From positions 1 through 53,818 of IMG/VR virus record IMGVR_UViG_3300034072_000606: 53,818 bases of DNA. The stretch is one strand, 5' to 3'. The notes beneath the pieces are model-generated. The model did no database searches. It saw only the letters and a program-made list of their open reading frames with translations, and was not told the origin of the DNA. Shown piece by piece: positions 16,977 to 25,973 of the stretch (position 1 is the stretch's first letter; every line of letters begins with the position of its first letter). Position numbers and translations under genes: made by a program. The stretch comes from a virus. Its lineage: Duplodnaviria; Caudoviricetes.

Positions 16977-17849
16977 TCAGAATGGAGGATCGTCCATATC
17001 TTCCTTGGAGCGACCGCCGCCCGACGAACGGGTGTTGCCGCCGGAAGTCTCGCGCTCAGGCAGATCGGGCTGCTCGCCAGCCGCGCCTTCCTGAGACATC
17101 TTCAGAGCGCCTTCGGCCTTCTGACGGACCATCTCCGCACCCATCTGGACAACGGGGTGGTCTGCCGGCAGACGAGCGCCGGTGGCGTCCTTGTTCTCGC
17201 TGTCGAAAGCCGCGTTATAGACGAACCACGACTGGTTGCCGTCCACCTTCTTTTCAGAGGTGATGCGCCAGACGTGGCAGAACCACGGAGCCTTGAACTT
17301 GCGACCGTTGGCGCCGGGAAGCATGATGCTGTCGGAACGGTTGACAATGGACTTGTAAGCCTTGATGCGGGTCGAAGTGAAGGAGATGACCGCCGCGTAG
17401 GGCTCGCCGTCTTCGTCATCTTCTTCCGGCAGGACGAAGCCGAACAGATAGAACGTTTCGATGAGGTCGTTGCCGTTCTTCAGCGTGATCTTGCCGCGCT
17501 GGGACTTGGCCCACTGGCTGATCGGCTCTTGGAGGCCATAGGAAGCAACGAGACCGCCGCCGCTCTCGACCGGAACCCATTCCACGTACATGTGGTCACG
17601 GCAGGCCGGAACGAAGCGGAACCCGGACGGGTAAAGCTGCTGCGTCGCCGTGTTGATGAACATGCCGGCTTTCGCGCCGTCCACGGTTTCGATTTCCGGG
17701 CTGTTCTTTTCCAGAACCTTGATGAACGGAATTGATCTGTCAGAACTGTCCAGATCGTCAAGACCCTGACCTGCGTATTCCTCCAGCCCCGCGTATTCCG
17801 CCGGGAGCTGAGCCTGCTGCTTGGTTACTGCTGTCGTCTGCTTTGCCAT
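16977..17849 (-). CDS. Probable single-stranded DNA-binding / annealing protein
   Basis: IPFIKVL...SP, YVEW, acidic tail ending DDPPF; located in the replication cluster; AAGGAGAG RBS. Confidence 0.65.
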   Translation of the reverse strand: MAKQTTAVTKQQAQLPAEYAGLEEYAGQGLDDLDSSDRSIPFIKVLEKNSPEIETVDGAKAGMFINTATQQLYPSGFRFVPACRDHMYVEWVPVESGGGLVASYGLQEPISQWAKSQRGKITLKNGNDLIETFYLFGFVLPEEDDEDGEPYAAVISFTSTRIKAYKSIVNRSDSIMLPGANGRKFKAPWFCHVWRITSEKKVDGNQSWFVYNAAFDSENKDATGARLPADHPVVQMGAEMVRQKAEGALKMSQEGAAGEQPDLPERETSGGNTRSSGGGRSKEDMDDPPF

Positions 17850-18032
17850 TATGGCTCTCCTTAAAGTGAGGCGGTTTCCAGGCACCGGCTCTAGCCCTCT
17901 TCGTCCAGCAGACGAACCTCTCACCACTCACCCAGGTGACGGGAACTTTTGGCGTCTGGCGTGGTTCTGCCCCACATTCGGCTCGCGGTGATCAACCCGG
18001 TTGCCAGCACTATGCCATACCAAACGCGTGAA

Positions 18033-18584
18033 CTATTTGGGCTTCACCACGGCCTGCTTCCACATATGGACGCCGAGCAATTCAAGTGGCACGTCCTCGC
18101 CCTTCGAAAGCTTCTCGCGCACCAGAGACCCGAGTGTCTGCCAGTGGACCGACTGCTTGTGAAACGCCTTGGTCAGACCGGCGGCGCGCAGCGCGTCAAC
18201 GGCCTTCTTGATTTCTTCTTCCTTGGCCTTGCCGAGATCAACGTTGATCTCACTCTTGATGATCCCGCCGTTGCCGCCGTCCCGGAGCCACTTGAACGCC
18301 TCGCGTTCCTTCTCCTTCGTGGGCTGACCGCGTACCATATCGGTGATCGACACCTTGAGGCCGTCAATCGTGGTGAGCTCTTCCTGACCAGCCGCCGCCA
18401 TCAGCTCCGGCATAACGTCTTCCTGAAGCGTCTTCAGGTGTTGCTTCGCCTGACGCAGAGCCTCTTCGGCCTCGTCAACCGCGATCTGGGCCGCGAGGAT
18501 ATCCCGCGCCACGCCCGCGATCTGGGCCAGAATGTTATCGGTCTTGAGGGGTGCTTGGGCAAGTTGTTCGTAACTGGCAGTCAT
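18033..18584 (-). CDS. Conserved phage replication-cluster protein (coiled coil, unknown function)
   Basis: MPELM..AG, AFKWLR..G.G.IIK, VHWQTL; strong RBS. Confidence 0.7.
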   Translation of the reverse strand: MTASYEQLAQAPLKTDNILAQIAGVARDILAAQIAVDEAEEALRQAKQHLKTLQEDVMPELMAAAGQEELTTIDGLKVSITDMVRGQPTKEKEREAFKWLRDGGNGGIIKSEINVDLGKAKEEEIKKAVDALRAAGLTKAFHKQSVHWQTLGSLVREKLSKGEDVPLELLGVHMWKQAVVKPK

Positions 18585-18609
18585 AGTGGTGCTCCTTTTC
18601 TACAGTGAG

Positions 18610-18638
18610 AGATTATCCCCGCTTCGGGGCGTTGGCTA
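18610..18638 (-). promoter_or_regulatory. Promoter TAGCCA-N17-TAATCT with a CGGGGATAA box
   Basis: 18610-18627 is identical to 1351-1368 (AGATTATCCCCGCTTCGG). Confidence 0.5.
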
Positions 18639-18975
18639 CTTCGAAGACTTGGGCTTCAATAGGTGTATACACCTTCTGGCGACCGTTCCACTGAAGAAAC
18701 CGAATGCGACCCTTGTTCACATCACATGCGACCGCCGCTGCGAGACCGCAGAGAACCGGGTTGCCGACCATCAAGAGGTAATCGTCATCACCGAAGTCCT
18801 CAAGAGCGTCCCAGAGGTCATTGATGATCGAGTCAGTTGCCCAAGGGGCAGCGGTGGGCGTGAGAAGAAACTTGAGGTCTCCGAATTTCTCAGCCGGGGT
18901 CAGATCGTAAACGGGCACATACGATCCGGTGGCCGTATCGTAACGCCTATGGTCTTGTACAACAAACACAGTCAT
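18613..18975 (-). CDS. Conserved hypothetical phage protein
   Basis: DLTPAEKFG, DYLLMVGNP; ATGA-coupled to the helicase. Confidence 0.7.
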   Translation of the reverse strand: MTVFVVQDHRRYDTATGSYVPVYDLTPAEKFGDLKFLLTPTAAPWATDSIINDLWDALEDFGDDDYLLMVGNPVLCGLAAAVACDVNKGRIRFLQWNGRQKVYTPIEAQVFEVANAPKRG

Positions 18976-20453
18976 CTGATCCACTCCTTCATTTTGTCCC
19001 CGAGAATCACGCTGGCAACTTCAAGTTTCTTGACGAGCGCCTCAATCGCGTTTTCGTCCCGGGTTCCCGCGCAAACCAGATCGGTGTAGTCAACATGGTC
19101 AACTTGGCCGATACGGTGATTGCGGTCTTCGCTCTGAAGCCGCATGCGCAGATTGTAGTTATTGTTGAAATAGATAGTGGACTTGGCTTCGTTCAAAGTC
19201 AAGCCCTCGCACATTGAGACGTTCGCCACGAAGTCCGTTGCGTCGCCCTTTTTGAAATCGTCCTTGGCCTTCTGAAGCTCGTTGGACGACCGGGTGCCGT
19301 CATACCGGACGGGCTTGCGACCCATCTTCTGAAGGGTCTCCATTATCATCTCAACGTCCCGGGTCCAAACAGCCCAAGTGATCGCCTTCCCGGGGGTGTC
19401 TTCGATCTTTTCCTGATAGGCGCGCAGGCGAGGGTTGCGGGCGCGGTCGATTAGCTCAACCGGCTCCTGCCCGGCCTCGACCGGGAGATAACCGCAAAGG
19501 ACCTGCTGCATGCGGAGAAGACGGACGATTGCCAGAGGCGCGGCAATAAGCTCACCGCTCTCAAGGAACGTCATGAACTCCTCGTCAAGCTCCTTGTACA
19601 TCCGCGCCTGCGTCGGTGTCATCTCGTAATACCGCTTGCTGTAGAGCTTCTCCGGCAAGTCTAGGACCTGATCCTTGGTGACGCGACTGCTGATAAGCTT
19701 CAGAGCTGTGTACAACTCCTCAAGATTATTGTAGCAGTCTAGGATCGGATATTCAATAGTCTTCAGCCGACCCTTCACCATCTGTTTCGTGAAACCAACG
19801 TCCCACACACCGAAATATGCTTTGAAGGCCGTGAAGCTGTCAATATCAAGCTCTCGCTGCCAGAAATCCGGGTCCAGGAATTTCACCTGACTGTAAATGT
19901 CAAACGGTCCATTCGGAACCGGCGTGCCGGACATGATGCGACGATAGGCCGCGTGCTTGCCCCCGGCGAGGATCGACATTGTGGACTTCGCAGATGGCGT
20001 TTTGACGCGATGGGACTCATCAAGGCCGCAGAACACCCGGCGCTTCTTCATCATCTGCCAAACGGCCTTCTTCCCCATATCCGTCTGCCACGCCTCGTAG
20101 CTGATCGCGAGAAGCGGGAAGCGGTTGGTGTTGAGAAGGTTGCGGACCTGCTCCTGACGGTATTTTACCCCCGGGGTGTCGGGGTGGTAGGCGTGAAGCT
20201 CCATACCCTCCAAAAGCTCCGGCGGAAGATGGGTTGGCAACTCATCGGTGATCCAGTTGCGGTGAACACCGTTCGGGGCCACAATAATGGCTCCTTGAAT
20301 TTCCCCTTCAGTCCACAGGTGAGCGATGGTGTCAATATTGGGCTTCGTCTTGCCGCAACCCTGCTCCCAGAAAAGGGCGTAGTTTTCTGAAGACTTGTGC
20401 TCTTCAAAATGCTCTGCTTGGTGCTGGAAAGGCTTCGTGTAAGGGACGTACAT
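18972..20453 (-). CDS. SNF2-family (SF2) helicase
   Basis: EQGCGKT, LDESH, MSGTP, EGLTL, QSEDRNHRIGQ. Confidence 0.92.
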   Translation of the reverse strand: MYVPYTKPFQHQAEHFEEHKSSENYALFWEQGCGKTKPNIDTIAHLWTEGEIQGAIIVAPNGVHRNWITDELPTHLPPELLEGMELHAYHPDTPGVKYRQEQVRNLLNTNRFPLLAISYEAWQTDMGKKAVWQMMKKRRVFCGLDESHRVKTPSAKSTMSILAGGKHAAYRRIMSGTPVPNGPFDIYSQVKFLDPDFWQRELDIDSFTAFKAYFGVWDVGFTKQMVKGRLKTIEYPILDCYNNLEELYTALKLISSRVTKDQVLDLPEKLYSKRYYEMTPTQARMYKELDEEFMTFLESGELIAAPLAIVRLLRMQQVLCGYLPVEAGQEPVELIDRARNPRLRAYQEKIEDTPGKAITWAVWTRDVEMIMETLQKMGRKPVRYDGTRSSNELQKAKDDFKKGDATDFVANVSMCEGLTLNEAKSTIYFNNNYNLRMRLQSEDRNHRIGQVDHVDYTDLVCAGTRDENAIEALVKKLEVASVILGDKMKEWIR

Positions 20454-20476
20454 TGGATGCTCCATTTCTTAACCGG

Positions 20477-20505
20477 AAGATAGCGAGCCCCGCTCCGGTA
20501 ATCTA
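20477..20505 (-). promoter_or_regulatory. Promoter TAGATT-N17-TATCTT
   Basis: Between repeat element A and the AGAAATGGAG RBS of the SNF2 gene. Confidence 0.5.
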
Positions 20506-20524
20506 GCCCAGAGGCGTGGCGGCT

Positions 20525-20781
20525 CGTCTTAACGTTCTTAACTTAGCCGATCCGGTCACAGCGAAGTTAAGACGCTCAACCCCCCAGCCCCGTTGTCAAA
20601 ATCTTAACTTTCTTATGTTTCTTAACTTAGAAATAGGGGTCTATGAAAATGAAGTTACACCGGCGAATATAAAACCACCTAAGAAAGTTAAGAAGCTAAG
20701 ATTTCCCTGCCCTGGGCATCACTTATGCGTCTTAACTAGGGAACTGCTTTCTTAGGTTTTCGCAATTTCGAAGTTAAGACG
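20525..20781. repeat. AT-rich iteron/palindrome element A (CTTAACTT/AAGTTAAG arrays); candidate origin or regulatory element
   Basis: Colinear homologue of 45342-45605; the 28-bp block at 20601-20628 is identical to 45417-45444. Confidence 0.85.
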
Positions 20782-21452
20782 GGAGCTGGCAGAAATCCGG
20801 CAACACGAGCCTCCTCAACCGAAGCGAAGCACCCGCGAGCCTTAACTAGGTCCCTCCAGGGGCTCTCCGGGCCGTGGTAATATTTCGACCCGGAAGCCGC
20901 CCAGACGGTTTGTTCAGACGTACATTCGGCCCAGTGAGCAGGCCGAACTACAAACCGGGGGCGATCCTCCCCGACATATGTGCCCAGAAGGAACGCGCTG
21001 ATCACCGCTGTGATGAAGAGGATGATAAGCCAGACCTGTGACGGCAGACTGTACTTCCCGCGCTCGTCATCCGGGGTTAGATACAAGGCTACGCAACCGC
21101 CGACAAGGAGCAATCGACTGAAATTGGAGGTAGGGGTGCCAAGCCAATCAACGGGGGTGCCAGCTATATTCCAGCAGAGCGTAAAAATGCCCCCGTACAC
21201 CACGGAGGCGGCAACAGCCGGGATGCCTACAGCCCCGAGATGGGCCATCCTGTGCTCAGGGCTTCGTTCCCCGCGCCACAACACGCCGTACCAGCCTTGA
21301 AAGTATTTGAAGATGATCGCAAGACCCACGAGAACGGCGAACACCGAAAGCGACACCGAAAGGATCGGGCCGGGGACATACCAGCCCAAAGACCAGTAAG
21401 CCGCGAGACCCAAACAGATGTTGATCAGGAATTGGTTTTTCGTCACTTTCAT
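20736..21452 (-). CDS. Multi-TM membrane protein with C-terminal Ada-metal-binding-like domain
   Basis: About 5 hydrophobic segments; VWA..GSKYYH.P.S......F.S.EEA..AGF; ATGA overlap at 21452. Confidence 0.65.
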   Translation of the reverse strand: MKVTKNQFLINICLGLAAYWSLGWYVPGPILSVSLSVFAVLVGLAIIFKYFQGWYGVLWRGERSPEHRMAHLGAVGIPAVAASVVYGGIFTLCWNIAGTPVDWLGTPTSNFSRLLLVGGCVALYLTPDDERGKYSLPSQVWLIILFITAVISAFLLGTYVGEDRPRFVVRPAHWAECTSEQTVWAASGSKYYHGPESPWRDLVKARGCFASVEEARVAGFLPAPVLTSKLRKPKKAVP

Positions 21453-21634
21453 GGGGACTTGCTCCGGCGATTCAATTCCACAATCCCAGACATGGATTGT
21501 AGAACGCGATTTCCAGACTGGATAGCCTGTATAGTTTGGTTGAGCTCTTGCTGTAGCCGGTTCAGCTCTTTTTCCCGCTCCTCGCGTTCCTTTTGAGGGC
21601 GTCCCGGGCGCAAATATTTGGAGATGTTGATCAT
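21449..21634 (-). CDS. Small coiled-coil protein
   Basis: ATGA overlaps at both ends. Confidence 0.6.
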   Translation of the reverse strand: MINISKYLRPGRPQKEREEREKELNRLQQELNQTIQAIQSGNRVLQSMSGIVELNRRSKSP

Positions 21635-21867
21635 CGTGACCTCCGGTCGCCCTTGATGAGCTCAACCAAAGTCTCAACGCTGTTTTTGACTTCGGTAGCA
21701 AGCTCCACGACCCGCATGACGTCAGTGCGACGAGCTTCATGTAGGTCGTCTTTTGCTTTCTCAGCAGCTCTCCACTGCTTGACGACCCAGACCAGAGCGC
21801 CCATCAGACCGACGATGATGAAGAGGTCTAGCCGTCCCTTTTCAAGAAAGCCGGTCAATTCAGTCAC
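21631..21867 (-). CDS. Single-TM holin-like protein
   Basis: LFIIVGLMGALVWVV followed by a charged helix; GGGGAG RBS and GTG at 21867. Confidence 0.55.
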   Translation of the reverse strand: MTELTGFLEKGRLDLFIIVGLMGALVWVVKQWRAAEKAKDDLHEARRTDVMRVVELATEVKNSVETLVELIKGDRRSR

Positions 21868-22102
21868 AATACGCTCCCCGGGCTGCGTTGTTACCGCGCA
21901 CTTCAAGTTGCGTTTGGTCCGTGTCTTTGCTGGAATAGGTTAGAGGCTTCCAAGCCTCGCAAGCGGCTGAAGCCGCCGCTTTGTCTGCTTCAATCCCGGC
22001 GGAACGGGTCGTCAGGGTCTGCTGGCACCCTACCATTGAGAACGTCATCACGAGCGTCGTTAGCGCGGTCAACCCGCTCGCCCTGAAGGGTCTTGAGCTC
22101 AT
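21860..22102 (-). CDS. o-spanin (Rz1-like lipoprotein)
   Basis: Lipobox SMVG-C, further Cys residues, overlaps the i-spanin in another frame. Confidence 0.72.
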   Translation of the reverse strand: MSSRPFRASGLTALTTLVMTFSMVGCQQTLTTRSAGIEADKAAASAACEAWKPLTYSSKDTDQTQLEVRGNNAARGAYCD

Positions 22103-22205
22103 TGATCAGGTTCCTTTCAATCTCGTGCTTCTCAGCCTGCCGGGCGAACCACGAAGCAAGGCTGAGAAGCATCTTGAGAACGGCGAGAGCCGTGCCAACG
22201 CTCAC
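21990..22205 (-). CDS. i-spanin (Rz-like)
   Basis: N-terminal hydrophobic helix, coiled coil, DPDDPFRRD end; GTG start overlapping the holin stop. Confidence 0.68.
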   Translation of the reverse strand: MSVGTALAVLKMLLSLASWFARQAEKHEIERNLINELKTLQGERVDRANDARDDVLNGRVPADPDDPFRRD

Positions 22206-22450
22206 TTGACCGGCGGTTGCTCTTTGGTCAGACCCTTGAAGCCGTCTCGAACAACGTTGATCAACATCTTGACGACACCCAGCACGGTGAGGATCGTTGC
22301 GGCGAGGGTCGGGCTCAGAAACTGAATGTTGGAGCATTCAAGCTCGCCATTGGCCAGGGTTGTACAACCCATAGCCGAAAGGACGGCAGTAAGACCGGCG
22401 ATGATGATCATCACCACATTGATGATGTTGTGGATAAGGTTCGTGTTCAA
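22202..22450 (-). CDS. Holin (2 TM)
   Basis: Two TM segments, basic C-terminus RDGFKGLTK.QPPVK; directly after the endolysin; TTG start with GAGGAG RBS. Confidence 0.65.
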   Translation of the reverse strand: MNTNLIHNIINVVMIIIAGLTAVLSAMGCTTLANGELECSNIQFLSPTLAATILTVLGVVKMLINVVRDGFKGLTKEQPPVK

Positions 22451-22461
22451 CTTGTCTCTCC

Positions 22462-23271
22462 TCAGAGATTGGCAAACTGGAAATGCATCCAATCGTAATT
22501 TCGTGCGCGGCCCAAAGATAACGCGCCTTGCGCCTCAACGATAGCCCAAAAGGGCTCGTAAACAGGTTTCGCCAACTCTGCGCGGTCACGACCCCACCGA
22601 AGTTGATTCCGCTCCGGGTCCAGATCGTAGGCGATCCCATACCCATGCATGCTAATGGTTTCCCCGCCCCTCATCTTGCGGAGATTGTAGCAACCGCCGA
22701 AGAGGTCAAGCCCCAGCTCGCGACACTTGGTCTCTCCATAGTGTTTCGCTGTCTCAGCGAAGATGGTTGTGAAGGCGTCCGCCACGAGCTTGTGGCAGCT
22801 GAAGCTGGAGACCTTCTGGGCCTTGTTCCAAGCGATCCGAAATGGGAAGGGGAACTGCGCCTTGCCGGCTGTACAATCCGGGTTCCCGGCCTTTCCGAAG
22901 AAATTGGGGACGCCCTTCTGAGTGGGCCAGCGCGTGTTTTTCGGGGGAGCCTTGGAAGGAAGGTCAGGAGCCCGACCGGGGAGCACTTCCTGCTTGCCGG
23001 TCGTGATGAAGTGATCCCAAGCGTTGAACGCCTCCTGGGTGTTGTGCCCAGAGTAGCCGTCTACCTTTCCCGGCTCGTAACCGGCGGCTGTGAGGATGAC
23101 CTGAGCCGCAGCCACGCGCTGACGAGCTTCCGACCACTTGAGAGCTTCCGGCTTATTGCGTTGAAGAACCTTTGACACGGCCTCCTTTGACTTGGGGCCG
23201 AAGTCCCCGTCAAGACCGCCGGCATAGTAACCGGCGGCTTTGAGGAGCCGCTGAATTGAGCGGTTGTCCAT
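22462..23271 (-). CDS. Endolysin: peptidoglycan-binding domains plus M15 peptidase
   Basis: IQRLL...GY..G.LDG.FGP.S and G.VDG..G..T repeats; YN.R.MRGG...SMH.YG.A.D and DWMHFQ. Confidence 0.9.
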   Translation of the reverse strand: MDNRSIQRLLKAAGYYAGGLDGDFGPKSKEAVSKVLQRNKPEALKWSEARQRVAAAQVILTAAGYEPGKVDGYSGHNTQEAFNAWDHFITTGKQEVLPGRAPDLPSKAPPKNTRWPTQKGVPNFFGKAGNPDCTAGKAQFPFPFRIAWNKAQKVSSFSCHKLVADAFTTIFAETAKHYGETKCRELGLDLFGGCYNLRKMRGGETISMHGYGIAYDLDPERNQLRWGRDRAELAKPVYEPFWAIVEAQGALSLGRARNYDWMHFQFANL

Positions 23272-23282
23272 TGCTCTTCCTT

Positions 23283-23582
23283 TCAGGAAACGAACACCAC
23301 AGCGTCAAGCGGCGGGTTGTCGAGCATGGCCTGAAGCATCGCCATATTCTTGACGATGTCGTTGGTCACCTTATTGCCGTGACCAGCCCAGTCTTCGTGA
23401 AGCTCGAAATCGACCGCCGCGACCTTGCCAGGCAGAGAGTTGAAAAAGAGGAAGGGCTGGCCGACCCCGGGGACGTTGATGAGGCCCTGAGCGGAAAGCA
23501 CCAGAGTGTTGGTCGCCGTCAAGGTTCGAAGCGTGCCAACGGGAAATTCGCAGATCATCTTCATTTTGTCGTCTCCAGTCAT
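23283..23582 (-). CDS. Hypothetical protein
   Basis: ATGA-coupled to the fibre assembly gene. Confidence 0.6.
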   Translation of the reverse strand: MTGDDKMKMICEFPVGTLRTLTATNTLVLSAQGLINVPGVGQPFLFFNSLPGKVAAVDFELHEDWAGHGNKVTNDIVKNMAMLQAMLDNPPLDAVVFVS

Positions 23583-24214
23583 GTTGTTGCCCTATAAACT
23601 TGGACGGAAATTTCAGCCGGGTCCACCGGTTGGCCGTCGCTTCCTGAAACAGTGATTTCCATGTAGCTCAGCTGACGATCGGTCACTGTAGCCTGACCGG
23701 AAGAAGGTGTAACCGTGTAGCTATAGCTGTAACTCAGGTCAGGCATTTCTTGAGAGAAGAAAACCCAAATTAACCCCGGACCCATCCAAAGGGCAAACGC
23801 AACCCCGGCGGCAACCCCCACTGTAAAAACTTCCTCGTCCACAACTTGTAGCAAAGCTACGGCAACAAGAGTGGGGACGGGCGGCGGTGGGGGAATTTCT
23901 GGAGTTTGAGGGGGCTGGTCGGTGTATCCATCGTCAGCCGGATTTCCGAGTGAGACGATTTTGACTGGACGGCCTTCTGCGTTCCACCAAGTTTGGCCGC
24001 GATAATCGCTTACTTGGTTCCAATCGGTTCCGTTCCAAACTCGCGCCATACCCTCTTGAGCGGCGGGAGGTTCTACAGTAACCGAGAAAGCGGGAAACAA
24101 AAATTCACCCTCGTTCATCGGGTCGGGATCGGCTTCAGAGCTTCCTACATATTCCCCGGTTTCGGGGAGAAAACTGTAAATCTTCAATTTCGGCCCCCTT
24201 AATATTTCATACAA
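23579..24214 (-). CDS. Tail fibre assembly protein (Tfa-like) with C-terminal extension
   Basis: IYSF..ETGEY.G, PA.S..VEPP, W.G..W..V.DYRG. Confidence 0.75.
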   Translation of the reverse strand: MYEILRGPKLKIYSFLPETGEYVGSSEADPDPMNEGEFLFPAFSVTVEPPAAQEGMARVWNGTDWNQVSDYRGQTWWNAEGRPVKIVSLGNPADDGYTDQPPQTPEIPPPPPVPTLVAVALLQVVDEEVFTVGVAAGVAFALWMGPGLIWVFFSQEMPDLSYSYSYTVTPSSGQATVTDRQLSYMEITVSGSDGQPVDPAEISVQVYRATT

Positions 24215-25002
24215 GGCATGAGCGACATATTACGCGGTCTGTTATCCCCAGGTATGACAGCGATATCCACAGGTCCCCCTTGACCGTTGTCAACTACCAA
24301 GTTTCCGTTAATCCAAATATACCGGATAGACTGAACTGCTCCCTCACTTGAATCGCCATCGTCTCGCCCAGCTTGGATGTTGAAATATCCAGCATAAGCG
24401 GCCTGAGTAACGCCCAAGGCGCGCCCAGAGTCAACGCCTCTGGCGTCGTCCCAGAACCGGGGAAACTCGCCCCGAAGATCAGGTATGCGGAAAGTAGTGG
24501 TGGTGTTGCCGGTGGAGAATTTACCGCTATTAGCGGCCCAAGAAGCTTCTGCCACGATGCTCCCTGACGCCTGGGCATAAGCCCAAAGGTCTGGATACGA
24601 AGCCCTTGTCAAAGTAGCCCCATTGAGCTTGATCCATCCCGCCGGGGGAGTTGTCCCGACGAACATGGCGACCATTCCTACAAGATTGGATGCGCGCTTC
24701 AGCTCATTTCCGCCAAGGTTCAGTGGGCCTGACATAGCTTCCGTGCCGTCCTTTTTCAGACGGGCGGCGATAGCGTTGTTGACGGTTGTCGCAAAATTTG
24801 CGTCGTTGCCCAGAGCAGTCGCCAGCTCTTTCAAAGTATCGAGAGCAGCGGGAGAGCCGTTGACGATCAAGTCTGTTACCAGATTGGCGACTTGTTGGAC
24901 GGAAAGGCGCTCCGTAGCTCCATTCAGAATTGCCGGGATTTCATAAGCGAGCGACGGCGATTGGACCGCCGGCAGCGCACTGATTTTGATTCCGTCAACC
25001 AT
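24199..25002 (-). CDS. Tail fibre protein with collar domain
   Basis: SPAALDTLKELATALGNDANFATT; GMVAMF....PPAGW..LNG..L.R..YP.L; FRIPDLRGEF.R.WD. Confidence 0.88.
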   Translation of the reverse strand: MVDGIKISALPAVQSPSLAYEIPAILNGATERLSVQQVANLVTDLIVNGSPAALDTLKELATALGNDANFATTVNNAIAARLKKDGTEAMSGPLNLGGNELKRASNLVGMVAMFVGTTPPAGWIKLNGATLTRASYPDLWAYAQASGSIVAEASWAANSGKFSTGNTTTTFRIPDLRGEFPRFWDDARGVDSGRALGVTQAAYAGYFNIQAGRDDGDSSEGAVQSIRYIWINGNLVVDNGQGGPVDIAVIPGDNRPRNMSLMPCMKY

Positions 25003-25005
25003 GAG

Positions 25006-25959
25006 TTACGTCCTCGCTGCCCAACCCACCCAGATATCGATGTCGCCCTGGCCCCAGACGCCAATTTGATAGCGAGACAGAGGACGAACGCCCGCGCTGA
25101 ATTCGGCTGCGCCGCTAATGTTACCGAGAATAGATTTCGCCCCGTTAGCCCACACATCGTTGATTGCCGTCAAGTAGCACTGAGGTCGTCGCGCCCAATT
25201 AAGGGTGATGGGGTCAAAATTGTTAACGTTAGACGGGGCTGTGTTGTCTTCGTACCCCGTTTGAAAATCCGGGTTTCCTTTCGATCCGCCGCGAGCGTCA
25301 ACGACTTGACCGGAAGCCCGAAGGTCATGAGCGTTCGCCAGAGCGGTGATGGTCGCCACGTTCGTGGAGTTGGTCGTAACTCTGGCAACAAGCATATCGT
25401 CATAGACGCTATCGAACGTTTCAGCCGTCTCGGGAGCCGCTGATGGGTTGTATCCAGAGTTGCTCAAGTCCTTGAGAGAGAAGCCGCCGGAAGGAGACCA
25501 ACGCAGATGGTATGTCTTGTTAGCTTGCGTGTTGAAATCCGTCTGGGCGGTCGTCACCAACGAGATGCCCCTGTGAAGAAAATCCAGACCTCCCGGCACT
25601 CGTACAATACCGGTAGCCGGGGAAATCACGTTGATGCGATAATCCTCAGTTTTGATTTCCGGGAAGATCGGAAGGCGAGCTGACGCCTGACTCATCAGAA
25701 GGTAATTTTCTGTTTCCCCGCCGCCGGTGGCGGTTTCAATCAAGGAGACAATAGCTTTTCGAAGTTGAGCGTAATCGGCGTCAGTCGCCGCCAAACCGGC
25801 ATACGATATGACGTTTCCAACTTCCGATTCAAGGCGATGAAAAAGGCCATTGAACAAAAGCTGATCTGCCGGCCCGCAAGGGAAGCCGTTGATTTTCTCA
25901 TCCGAAGTCGGAACGCGCCGACCGGCTTGACTAGCAAAGGGGGTGCTGAAATCAGCCAT
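25006..25959 (-). CDS. Baseplate-proximal tail fibre protein
   Basis: P...E..NGF, FNGLF, EV.NVI..AGL...D..QL.KAI N-terminal anchor pattern; position after the baseplate genes. Confidence 0.7.
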   Translation of the reverse strand: MADFSTPFASQAGRRVPTSDEKINGFPCGPADQLLFNGLFHRLESEVGNVISYAGLAATDADYAQLRKAIVSLIETATGGGETENYLLMSQASARLPIFPEIKTEDYRINVISPATGIVRVPGGLDFLHRGISLVTTAQTDFNTQANKTYHLRWSPSGGFSLKDLSNSGYNPSAAPETAETFDSVYDDMLVARVTTNSTNVATITALANAHDLRASGQVVDARGGSKGNPDFQTGYEDNTAPSNVNNFDPITLNWARRPQCYLTAINDVWANGAKSILGNISGAAEFSAGVRPLSRYQIGVWGQGDIDIWVGWAART

Positions 25960-25973
25960 AATGGTCTCCGGGA

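Noticed and set aside
17850-18032. tRNA or hammerhead ribozyme
   Set aside because: No TTCGA T-loop cloverleaf and no CTGANGA core found.
20525-20781. CRISPR array or CtrA boxes (also 45342-45605)
   Set aside because: Repeats are 8-9 bp in both orientations without unique 30-40 bp spacers. The TTAA pairs I checked are spaced 1, 4 or 5 nt, not the TTAA-N7-TTAA of CtrA. Half-site binding is not excluded.
20736-21740. 334-aa ORF as given in the track
   Set aside because: The first 96 codons overlap two better-supported coupled genes. The ATGA overlap places the start at 21452.
23579-25959. Diversity-generating retroelement or invertible tail-fibre cassette
   Set aside because: No reverse transcriptase, invertase or duplicated fibre 3' segment seen.
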